Assembly: GCA_038523235.1 (NCBI GenBank) | Contig: JBCBJQ010000111.1 | Location: forward strand, 1 to 19,135 | Direction of reading: 5' to 3' | Length of the DNA stretch: 19,135 bases | From: Cyanobacteria bacterium J06626_4 | GTDB taxonomy: Bacteria > Cyanobacteriota > Cyanobacteriia > Phormidesmidales > Phormidesmidaceae | Shown here: piece after piece, positions 7,355 through 15,132 of the stretch | Layout of the letters: every line of letters starts with the position of its first letter | Numbering within the stretch: the first letter of the stretch is position 1 | The notes under the pieces: model-generated | Told to the model about the DNA's origin: nothing | Databases searched by the model: none | Seen by the model: the letters and a program-made list of their open reading frames with translations, nothing else | Program-made: the position numbers and the translations under genes

Positions 7355-8045
7355 ATGCTGAGTCTGCAGCATGATTGTGGTTCAGCGCTTGCTTTAAGCT
7401 TGCCACCTCGTTCTGTAGCCCTTGAATGGCTCCTACCAAATAGGGCAGCAGCGCCGAGATGTTGATTTGGGCCATATCTTCCGGCGTTGGCTGGATCACA
7501 AAGTTCTCATCGATGCCCTGTAGGTTTTGGGCGCTAAACCCGAGTTCAACGTGGCCATCATCGACCAGGGTGGAGGCTTCTGGGTTCCAATCGAACTCAA
7601 TGAGCTTTACCTGCATCAAAGAATCTAGACAGGCTTTTAAGTTGTCTCCTGAGTTCCTTAATTGAATATTTTTCTTCATCCGTTCATCAGATGAAGTGGT
7701 AGTGATATAAACCCAAGTGTTATCGACTCTGACGGCAAAATAGGGGTTAGTCCAGTGAAAAAAACGTGACCGCGTATCACAGGTTAAAACGTGATGGCCA
7801 TAGCTGTTATTCGTATCGGCATAAACAAACAGCCGAAGGATGCCTCCCTCGTTTTGCCAGAGTGCGATCGTGTGGTTGTGGCTAGTGGCAGCAAACCCAC
7901 TATGACCGTGATTAAGGCCCGCATAAGTTTGCGGCAGGTTAACCAGCAGGGCATTAAAGTCCTGTTGCAAGGCTTGAAACTCATCATTAGGCGCGGCGTT
8001 AAGGTTTTCTACATCAACGAATCGAATGGGGTTAGAAACAGTCAT
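7353..8045 (-). CDS. Short fibre/spike protein with a C-terminal peptidase S74 intramolecular chaperone domain (230 aa)
   Basis: SSDERMKKNI autocleavage motif, FDW, GFSAQNL, terminal coiled coil LLPYLVGAIQGLQNEVASLK; HxH motifs (NHGH, SHNH). Confidence 0.88.
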   Translation of the reverse strand: MTVSNPIRFVDVENLNAAPNDEFQALQQDFNALLVNLPQTYAGLNHGHSGFAATSHNHTIALWQNEGGILRLFVYADTNNSYGHHVLTCDTRSRFFHWTNPYFAVRVDNTWVYITTTSSDERMKKNIQLRNSGDNLKACLDSLMQVKLIEFDWNPEASTLVDDGHVELGFSAQNLQGIDENFVIQPTPEDMAQINISALLPYLVGAIQGLQNEVASLKQALNHNHAADSA

Positions 8046-8074
8046 AAATCCTAAGTGAAACGACTAATGAAACC

Positions 8075-9622
8075 TTAAATAAACGTGCCGGTGAACTCTT
8101 TGGGTTCCTCATCAACCCACAACGGCACCACCCCGTTAATGTCTCGATAAGCCCTGCCATCCTCATCAATCAGCGATGAGCCATCCGGGTCAAACCGTCT
8201 GATTAAAAGCTTCATACGGAAAGGATACATGCGGGTAACCCGCTTTTTTAGCCGGATATCTCTGTCCTTTTCCTGACTGATTGATAGCCTGACAATTTCA
8301 GCGGTTGATAGTTCGAGTAAATCTTTCAGCTTGTCTTCCGCTTCCGCCCCGGTTGCCCCATAGACCGCCATCTGCCGCCCGCCGGTTAACATTGCCGTGG
8401 CTCGCCATTCCCCCCAGTTGTAGGCGCGAGTAGCCCGCTTAATCGTTGCCCAACTAAGCGTTTGTTTTAACTCTGGGATTGAATAAGACGAGATTTTGGC
8501 AGGCGTCCCATTCGGTAGGTTATACCCCCTACCCTCAATTTCCTTAAAGATGATCGTCGCTTTGCGGCGGTGCGGCTTAGCTCTCATATAATCATCAATC
8601 GGCTGGCCGACCCACTCACCTAAATCGCGCTGGCCTAACACTCTAGTATTCGTGATTATTTGCTGGGTTTGCTGTTTTACTTCCGTCTCTGTTCCCTCGA
8701 TATAGTATTTTTCATTGCGTTCTCTCTGGTCAGGAATAATCGTGACAGCTCTAGAAGTTGTGCTGCCAGCCCGTTGATTTTGCATCCGATACTGTTGATA
8801 AGCCGTGTCTAGTTCACTGGCAATAATGAAGCCGCCCTCGATGAAGCTTTCGGCAAATTCCTCGACGGCATTCTCTACAAAGATACGAATCTTGTCACTA
8901 TCAATATTTTCAATCGCCCCCTCGACTGAACTATTAAAGCTGAACGTTGCCGCGCCTTCCGTGCCCCATGTGCCCTTTATCCACTTGGCAATATCCTCGC
9001 CAAAAAAGCCCGTCAACCGGCCTAACGGAACTCGTTTTACTAGCCCTCTAAAGTTTTTGTAATTTGTCAGCAATTCGTTGCTAAGAGTGACTTCAAAACT
9101 GCGCTGAATGCTTTGACGAAAATAGCTCTGCAATTCGTCGATTGCTTCGCCGGTAGTGGCAGCGGTGATTGTCTTGGCCAGTGCTGCGCCCCCAATGACC
9201 GGCACGCCCAAACCCACGCCATAGCCGATTCCAATGGTTGTAAGCCAGCCGACGCTAGCGCCGATGGCGCTGCCCCAAGCCGCGAACACCGATAGGTTGT
9301 TATTGGCGATCAGCTGGTCGATTTCAGCATCGGTCTGATTCCAGTCAAAGGCAGCTAGCCGCACGCCCTGAGAGACCAGCCAGCCCCACGCTTGGGTGAA
9401 ATTTATTCGAGCTAACCCCCATTGAATAAAGCTTTTAGCGCCGCCAACTAAGAAACCGGCTAATGCTCTCGCCCCGTCGATGAATAGCCCTAAAGCGCCC
9501 CCCCGACCCGTTTCGACATCGCTAAAAGAAAGGTCAGTGTTTAAGACGCGCTCACCGTTGCTGGTGAGCGTTTCCCGCACGGCCCGGCTAGCCAATTCCT
9601 TTAACTTAATTTCAATCGGCAT
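8075..9622 (-). CDS. Hypothetical virion-associated protein with Gly/Ala-rich hydrophobic segments (515 aa)
   Basis: Long ORF in the fibre operon; segment AAWGSAIGASVGWLTTIGIGYGVGLGVPVIGGAALAK; function inferred only. Confidence 0.8.
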   Translation of the reverse strand: MPIEIKLKELASRAVRETLTSNGERVLNTDLSFSDVETGRGGALGLFIDGARALAGFLVGGAKSFIQWGLARINFTQAWGWLVSQGVRLAAFDWNQTDAEIDQLIANNNLSVFAAWGSAIGASVGWLTTIGIGYGVGLGVPVIGGAALAKTITAATTGEAIDELQSYFRQSIQRSFEVTLSNELLTNYKNFRGLVKRVPLGRLTGFFGEDIAKWIKGTWGTEGAATFSFNSSVEGAIENIDSDKIRIFVENAVEEFAESFIEGGFIIASELDTAYQQYRMQNQRAGSTTSRAVTIIPDQRERNEKYYIEGTETEVKQQTQQIITNTRVLGQRDLGEWVGQPIDDYMRAKPHRRKATIIFKEIEGRGYNLPNGTPAKISSYSIPELKQTLSWATIKRATRAYNWGEWRATAMLTGGRQMAVYGATGAEAEDKLKDLLELSTAEIVRLSISQEKDRDIRLKKRVTRMYPFRMKLLIRRFDPDGSSLIDEDGRAYRDINGVVPLWVDEEPKEFTGTFI

Positions 9623-9632
9623 AACTCACGGC

Positions 9633-11657
9633 CTAAAGAACATCGTCCAGTCGTTCATGCAGATCCTCGATAATCTCTGGCTCAGAGGCTTGATCACGGT
9701 TAAACCGGCTGGTTTCTCGATTCATTCGTTTTAGCCATTCCCGCCATTCTTCTTTGTTGGGAATGGCTAGCGCTTCATCCTCGATCATCGATTCGATAGT
9801 GTCTAGTAAGCGACCTTGACCATTGCCGCCGACAAAGAACGTTTCCTTGATGATGCCCGCTGCAAATAGCAATTTCTCATTGATTTGTGCTTGAGACTCT
9901 TTCGATTCATCGGTAGGCGTCGCAATAATCACCTCTGTTTCCTGCAGTAATCCCTGCAAATTATTTAACTGCTCAACATTAAAATTAGAGGGATATCTTT
10001 GCTCTCTCAGGTTGACAGGAAAACCGAGATAACTGGTGTTACATTTCGCATAAGCTTGCCCAATCAGCGCGGCATTCTTAGCGGCAATGACTTCAGGAAT
10101 CAGCCGCAATAACATTTCAATTTCTAAATCTGCTTTGAACTCAGCTTGATAAGCCAGCCCAAATATTTCGGCTATTCCCTCAGCAATATTCGGTATTTTT
10201 AACTCTTGTTCCTGATTCCCCTTTTTCGTCGGGTCGCCATCTTCAATCTTAATCGAGATAGGAAACTGCCCGATAGTAGCGTCGAGGTTTCTCGCTAACC
10301 ATTCCCACAATTGCGCATGATTTTCTAATTCAAGTGTCTCCTCATCTTCTTGAATTAATAACGCGGGTGTAGTGACTGGGAACTCCTCAGTTCCTAGCTT
10401 TGAAGCAATTAATTCAAGTAGTTCTAGTGTTTCCTCGCAACAGCCCATATCATCCTCTGGTGGTGGTTGTGGTGCCTGAATATCGTCATAACAGCCCGGC
10501 CCTTGCTGGATGCCATAAAAATATCTGTTATTCTCTGGCACGCCTTCAAAATCTTCTGATCGGGCCAGTTGTGCATTAACAATTGATAGCCCTTCCTCTC
10601 TAGCCTCTCTAATGTTCCTGTCAGCGCAAGGAATATCGACCCAAGCAACGCGAGATGTGTAGCCCCCTCCGGTGGTTATTTTGACTTTCCCGTGAGCGCC
10701 TGGAGCGCTAAAGTTTCTAGTCTCAAAACTGTAGTATTGCTCAGCTTCTATTCGATATTCAGTCACACTGTTTTCGATGACTTCGCCTAAATTGCTTTGC
10801 CAGGTGAAATTGCCGCCTGAATTAATGCTTGCCCCTGGCAACTGTGCAGCGGCGTTTCCTAGTATTTGCCAGCCTTGCCCCCTATCCTCACGAGCGAATC
10901 GATTGGGTTGTGGTCTGCCGGTATCAAAGATGGTTTTAATCGCATGTAATTGACCCGGCATTTTAGTTTGAGTGGTGCCAGGATGAGCGGCTTGAATACC
11001 GGCCCAAGCTTCGGAGCTAACAGGCGACGGGTTGCCAAATAACCCAAAGTTTTCATACTCCATCCGATTACTAACTAGAAGCTCGCTATAGACCCCCACA
11101 ACGCGATAGTGATTAGGCGGTGCCACTGGCGGCATGTTGTAGGGCGCTTTCACATCCGGGTTATCAGCCGGTGGATTCATCTCCGGTTCCGGTTCCCGAC
11201 AATTTTCGTAGCGATAACACACCGTTAATGGTGGCCCAGGCACGCCTAGAAAATAGGTGTTAAAGGTGGCGCAAGACTCACACCGACCCAACGATATCGA
11301 GACGTTGGCATCGAGTAGGGTGCGGAATGCAGCGGGGTTAATCGGACTCTGGCCCGTGCATTGGGGCGAGTTAGCCCATTCCGCGCAATTGTTGGGGTTT
11401 AACGGGGTGGTGCCGTTCCAATACCAGCCGCTATTACCAATCGGCGTCACCGAGGGGTTTAGCTGCTGGTTAGGGCCGAAGTTAGCCTCACGAATCAGCG
11501 GGTTAATGAGTTCTAGACGCCTTTCAGCCCGATTCACTGCCCGGTCTAACTGCCGCAGCTTTTTAGACCCGGTTTCCATCATTTCATAGGGGTTTGTGGG
11601 CAAATGATTGCGAGCTTTTCTCGCCCTATTTCCTACCCGTGGAACCTTTCTAAGCAT
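9633..11657 (-). CDS. Large hypothetical protein, putative virion/attachment protein (674 aa)
   Basis: Long ORF with a basic N-terminus, Cys-rich segment, Pro-rich hinges (PEPEMNPP, PQPPPEDDMGCC) and an acidic helical C-terminal part. Confidence 0.82.
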   Translation of the reverse strand: MLRKVPRVGNRARKARNHLPTNPYEMMETGSKKLRQLDRAVNRAERRLELINPLIREANFGPNQQLNPSVTPIGNSGWYWNGTTPLNPNNCAEWANSPQCTGQSPINPAAFRTLLDANVSISLGRCESCATFNTYFLGVPGPPLTVCYRYENCREPEPEMNPPADNPDVKAPYNMPPVAPPNHYRVVGVYSELLVSNRMEYENFGLFGNPSPVSSEAWAGIQAAHPGTTQTKMPGQLHAIKTIFDTGRPQPNRFAREDRGQGWQILGNAAAQLPGASINSGGNFTWQSNLGEVIENSVTEYRIEAEQYYSFETRNFSAPGAHGKVKITTGGGYTSRVAWVDIPCADRNIREAREEGLSIVNAQLARSEDFEGVPENNRYFYGIQQGPGCYDDIQAPQPPPEDDMGCCEETLELLELIASKLGTEEFPVTTPALLIQEDEETLELENHAQLWEWLARNLDATIGQFPISIKIEDGDPTKKGNQEQELKIPNIAEGIAEIFGLAYQAEFKADLEIEMLLRLIPEVIAAKNAALIGQAYAKCNTSYLGFPVNLREQRYPSNFNVEQLNNLQGLLQETEVIIATPTDESKESQAQINEKLLFAAGIIKETFFVGGNGQGRLLDTIESMIEDEALAIPNKEEWREWLKRMNRETSRFNRDQASEPEIIEDLHERLDDVL

Positions 11658-11677
11658 CGATGTTGACTACCTAATTG

Positions 11678-11848
11678 CTAACGGAACATATTGCCCGGTC
11701 TTTTTTTCACCAGTAAGGTATCGGTCATTAATCGCCGTTCATGACTGGATAGGCAATATAAAACATACTCAAAACGCCCCATTGCCCATAACGGTTCCAC
11801 TTCATAAAGAACCGTGTCCCTCGGTGCTTCATCAGTCAGATTGAGCAT
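11678..11848 (-). CDS. Small hypothetical protein (56 aa, MLNLTDEAPRDTVLYEVEPLW...), below the ORF-track cutoff
   Basis: Translated by hand; AAGGGA upstream of the ATG; fills the gap in the minus-strand operon. Confidence 0.45.
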   Translation of the reverse strand: MLNLTDEAPRDTVLYEVEPLWAMGRFEYVLYCLSSHERRLMTDTLLVKKRPGNMFR

Positions 11849-11860
11849 TCTTAATCCCTT

Positions 11861-11902
11861 TATCTTGATGGCTGAGACTACTATCTTGATGGCTGAGACT
11901 AC
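11861..11902. repeat. Perfect 21-bp tandem duplication (TATCTTGATGGCTGAGACTAC x2)
   Basis: Read directly; the second copy includes the stop codon of the upstream minus-strand gene. Confidence 0.92.
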
Positions 11903-12705
11903 ATAAATTCAGAGATGGCCAGCTTAGTATTAGCCCCCTGACTAATCGCTGAAATGGCCCCTTTGTAAAGGTTTGTAGTGTTGATGGTGAAGCTGCCGCC
12001 ATAGGGCAAAAGCATAATGCCGTCACCGGCAATCGCCACTGGCTGATAGCTCAACGTGACCTCATGGGTCTGACTCAGGTTGGTGATCGTCAGCCCTTTC
12101 CGGATATTGCTGGCTTGCAAAATCAGCTCGCTACTGTCATCCACATCTAAGCTGAAATGCCGCGATTGCGTGATTAAACTGCCCTCGCTGGGGAGTCCGG
12201 TGACTTCTTCTCGCGCTGAGCCAAAAATAATCAGCCGGTCTGAGCCCTGCAAGAGTCCGTAACCCACATCAATGATTTTCACGGCTAGCTGAGCATCGCT
12301 GGCCACGGCAAACGCGGGCTGAGTCGTCAAATAACTCATCATGTCCGTCACGTAAAACGGACGCCGGTTCAACAGACTGAAATTAAAGAGCGGTAGCCAA
12401 TCTTGATAGGTGGTTCTCATCAGTAATTGCAGCTCAAAGCGCTGTGAGCCGTATTCCATATCCCGGATACGGGTGCTCTTTTGGGCATTGGTGGCACCCA
12501 GGGGAATATCAGGAATCGTGCTTTCATTGAGCGAGGTAATGTCAATCTTGACCCGTAAGTCTGTGACAAACCCTAAAAACTTCAATGATGATGCCCTGTC
12601 AAAAGGATTGACGTAGGCAGAATCATAAATGATATGAAGCTCATCAGTGTTCTGTGGATTGATTTCACGGAGTATCTGAGTGGTTCGGTTGAAGGTTTCC
12701 TGCAT
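11899..12705 (-). CDS. Beta-rich two-domain protein, putative jelly-roll capsid/vertex protein (~268 aa; alternative start 12753)
   Basis: Alternating beta-strand patterns; C-terminal RKGLTITNLS...VTL...GIMLLPYGGSFTI...GAISAIS resembles small phage beta-sandwich domains; fold is inference. Confidence 0.75.
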   Translation of the reverse strand: MQETFNRTTQILREINPQNTDELHIIYDSAYVNPFDRASSLKFLGFVTDLRVKIDITSLNESTIPDIPLGATNAQKSTRIRDMEYGSQRFELQLLMRTTYQDWLPLFNFSLLNRRPFYVTDMMSYLTTQPAFAVASDAQLAVKIIDVGYGLLQGSDRLIIFGSAREEVTGLPSEGSLITQSRHFSLDVDDSSELILQASNIRKGLTITNLSQTHEVTLSYQPVAIAGDGIMLLPYGGSFTINTTNLYKGAISAISQGANTKLAISEFM

Positions 12706-12851
12706 TGCTTGCTGTGTATAGTTCCTAAGACTTATAAAAAAGCGAGAACCCATAGGGTACTAAGTAGCATTAGAGCCCATCACACCACGTTATCAAACCT
12801 CACATTCCGGGGTAACTTTAGAGCGGTTGAGATAACTTATCGAGGCAAACA

Positions 12852-13193
12852 ATGGCTGATTTAACTCTGACTGAACTCGCTGCCCAGTTACCGACAGGAA
12901 CGCTGGCTGAAACCGCTGACGACGTAACCATCTCACTCAAGACACTGACGGGTGAAGCTGCGGTGCAGTTAGCCGATGAAGTGTTAGCGGAAGTCGTGAC
13001 AAAACTGCTGACGGGCGCGGCCAGTGCTCAAGTGGATCACAATGCTGTCGAGGGCGCTGAACCCATTGCCAGCTATCCCCAGCCCAACTTTGGTAACCCG
13101 GTCGCTCAAAACGACGGCTCGTTTACGGCCCGTCGCACTCACACGATCGCGGTCGCTATCCCCCTCGACGTCGATGAAGCGGTGGCTGTCTAA
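12852..13193 (+). CDS. Ala/Thr/Val-rich acidic protein (113 aa), candidate abundant structural protein
   Basis: GAGG RBS, first gene of the rightward operon, composition typical of virion proteins. Confidence 0.8.
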   Translation: MADLTLTELAAQLPTGTLAETADDVTISLKTLTGEAAVQLADEVLAEVVTKLLTGAASAQVDHNAVEGAEPIASYPQPNFGNPVAQNDGSFTARRTHTIAVAIPLDVDEAVAV

Positions 13194-13280
13194 ACCCTGG
13201 TCAATGTCCATTCGTGGGGTTTAGGTGTGCCCTAGCGGCCCCTAGCCCCGATCTGCTCATCCATTCAGAGAGGTTACACA

Positions 13281-13880
13281 GTGGGAAAATATGACAGTCG
13301 AGACCTGGTAGCGGTGCAGCCGTTCAACGGGTCAAGCATTCTTTATGGCTTCAGAACCAACGTTGATCAGGGTGATCGCGGCATCTTGGGGCATGTGGCC
13401 GTTAACAACACCGACCAGAATGGCCTCGTCATCGGCGCAAACAGCCCCAAACCGGCGCGGGCGATGCGGAAGCGGGCTAGCGGTACAACCAGCAGCTTTA
13501 TTGACTTCGGGGCGATTGCAGCGGCGCGGGCGGCGGGCTGGACGGTGGGGCAAGGCAAGATCCGGCGGGGTGGCACCACACCGCGCGGTCGGGTGGTCTA
13601 CGTCACCTACAAGGGGTTTAACTACGCTTGGGTGATTCCGAACGATACCTATGCCAATTTGGGCGGCGACGCGGCAGCGCTAGGGCTCCGGGAGTCAACG
13701 GCGAATGATATCGATCTGGTCTTTGGGGCTGATAGCCCTAAGCCACCGAGGGCGTTTCGGACGATTGGCGCGGGGGACGATACCAACGTCATTTCGACGT
13801 TTTACGATCCGTCCGGCAACTTGCCCGCCGGTTGGGGGGGCGTCTCTCAAGGTATTGATACGTCTCGACCGCAAACCTAG
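13281..13880 (+). CDS. Gly-rich protein with an internal domain duplication (199 aa)
   Basis: GAGAGG RBS with GTG start; LVIGANSPKPARA...SSFID...AAGW is repeated as LVFGADSPKPPRA...STFYD...PAGW. Confidence 0.85.
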   Translation: MGKYDSRDLVAVQPFNGSSILYGFRTNVDQGDRGILGHVAVNNTDQNGLVIGANSPKPARAMRKRASGTTSSFIDFGAIAAARAAGWTVGQGKIRRGGTTPRGRVVYVTYKGFNYAWVIPNDTYANLGGDAAALGLRESTANDIDLVFGADSPKPPRAFRTIGAGDDTNVISTFYDPSGNLPAGWGGVSQGIDTSRPQT

Positions 13881-13891
13881 GAGCTAAACCG

Positions 13892-14143
13892 ATGAGTGAA
13901 GGTGGCCGCCTAATTCTGCCCGATAATCCCCTGTATGCCCTGACCCTAAACGGCACGCTGCCCCCCGATTGGGGATCGAGAGCCGATGAGCTTGGCCACT
14001 TTCCCAACTTCGTTTGTGATGCTGGAACCGGCTTGATGCGGCCCGCCAGTCATGCCGAAATGCTCGATTACGTTCACGGTGGGGAGTATGACGAGCGCTT
14101 GGAAAACATGGACGATTACGATATCGAAGTGGTGGAGCTGTAG
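13892..14143 (+). CDS. Acidic hypothetical protein (83 aa)
   Basis: AGGAG RBS, tight operon spacing. Confidence 0.75.
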   Translation: MSEGGRLILPDNPLYALTLNGTLPPDWGSRADELGHFPNFVCDAGTGLMRPASHAEMLDYVHGGEYDERLENMDDYDIEVVEL

Positions 14144-14145
14144 CG

Positions 14146-14475
14146 ATGGTTTGGGCCGCTGTGGGTAATGTGCTCGCCAACCGCGATCGCTGGGTCACTG
14201 TTGGGGTGATTCAGAGCAATACCCTGTTGCTGGATTATGCCTTCCAGTCCGGCGTTCCAGACCGCGCCATCGTGGGCTATCTCAGAGAACGATTTGCTGA
14301 TGATATGGTCAGCCTCCGTTGGCATCGCCTCTATCCCAAGGTGACCGCGAAGGAGGTTTTGGTGCTGCCTGCAAATCCTGATTTCAGAGAGACGATTTAT
14401 CAATCGAGAGAGATTGAAATCGTTAAGGGTAGTAATTCCTATTCGTGGTCTTTAGCCGTTTTTCAGTGGCTATAA
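14146..14475 (+). CDS. Beta-rich hypothetical protein (109 aa)
   Basis: GGAG RBS, starts 2 nt after the previous stop. Confidence 0.78.
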   Translation: MVWAAVGNVLANRDRWVTVGVIQSNTLLLDYAFQSGVPDRAIVGYLRERFADDMVSLRWHRLYPKVTAKEVLVLPANPDFRETIYQSREIEIVKGSNSYSWSLAVFQWL

Positions 14476-14479
14476 GGAA

Positions 14480-14722
14480 ATGTATCTAACTAACATGCCG
14501 ATTGTCTGGCTCGCGTTCGCGGTGGTCGTCTGGGCGCTCTACTGTGCGGCTTGGTTTCGCATTTTGCAAAAGGCTCAGTTCGGCGCGGTGTGGTTTGTGG
14601 CGGCGTTTGTGCCTGTGGTGATATCGCCCTTCTTCCAGCCGCTGATCATCGCCCCGATCGCCATCCTGGCGTTAGTGCCGTGGCCCTGCAACAAACCCCG
14701 GTCAGTAAACATTAGGCGATAG
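14480..14722 (+). CDS. Small membrane protein (80 aa, 2-3 TM segments)
   Basis: Highly hydrophobic ORF in the operon; start may be the ATG at 14495. Confidence 0.7.
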   Translation: MYLTNMPIVWLAFAVVVWALYCAAWFRILQKAQFGAVWFVAAFVPVVISPFFQPLIIAPIAILALVPWPCNKPRSVNIRR

Positions 14723-14762
14723 CGACTGCCAAAACCCTTTGTCCAAATCATCAAGGGCAACC

Positions 14763-15023
14763 ATGAATGACCTTTCTCTCCTGCTCGGTATTGTTTTAGG
14801 GATGATGTCTCTGTTCACTGGCGTTTTTGGGGCGATCGCTTGGTATCGCTCTAACGTCCGCAAAGCCTATGCGGCGGAGCGAGACTTCAATCACCTGAAG
14901 AACAACTACAGGCAATTGGCTGAGAGCGTGAACAACCTGTATCGGTTCTCTGACGATGCCAAGGATGAGGTGATGCGTGAGCTAACCTACATTCGGGCGG
15001 CAATTGAAAAGCCAGAAAGTTAA
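14763..15023 (+). CDS. N-terminal TM plus coiled-coil protein (86 aa), possibly holin-like
   Basis: LSLLLGIVLGMMSLFTGVFGAIAWY followed by a heptad-rich tail; last gene before the att-like repeat. Confidence 0.72.
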   Translation: MNDLSLLLGIVLGMMSLFTGVFGAIAWYRSNVRKAYAAERDFNHLKNNYRQLAESVNNLYRFSDDAKDEVMRELTYIRAAIEKPES

Positions 15024-15024
15024 T

Positions 15025-15061
15025 ACTAGAAACTCTCGTGTCGGCGGTTCAAGCCCACCTC
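15025..15061 (+). repeat. Degenerate tRNA-Phe 3' fragment (att-like direct repeat)
   Basis: CTCGTGTCGGCGGTTCAAGCCC (15035-15056) is identical to 17468-17489, followed by a.CCTC versus g.CCTC. Confidence 0.85.
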
Positions 15062-15132
15062 ACAGGATTGTTTCAGCCTCTATGATTGATTCAGAGTATA
15101 GGAGAGACTCAGCTCCCTGGATGAAGTCAGTC

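Larger units (their letters stand above)
150..15061. mobile_element. Integrated virus-like element (putative tailless prophage or satellite); boundaries approximate
   Basis: Integrase, primase-helicase, XRE switch and a virion-like block with an S74 fibre. The right end abuts a degenerate tRNA-Phe 3' fragment at 15025-15061. The left boundary is not defined in the window. Confidence 0.75.

Noticed and set aside
8340..8372. Walker A-like VYGATGAEAEDK in the 515-aa protein (packaging ATPase)
   Set aside because: Lacks GK[ST], and no Walker B context was seen
15025..15061. tRNA-targeting CAST homing spacer or mini CRISPR array
   Set aside because: No CRISPR repeat, tns or cas genes nearby; an att remnant is the simpler explanation
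15004..15120. N-terminal extension of the NACHT ORF
   Set aside because: It runs through the tRNA-derived repeat and overlaps the upstream gene; ATG 15121 or 15133 is preferred
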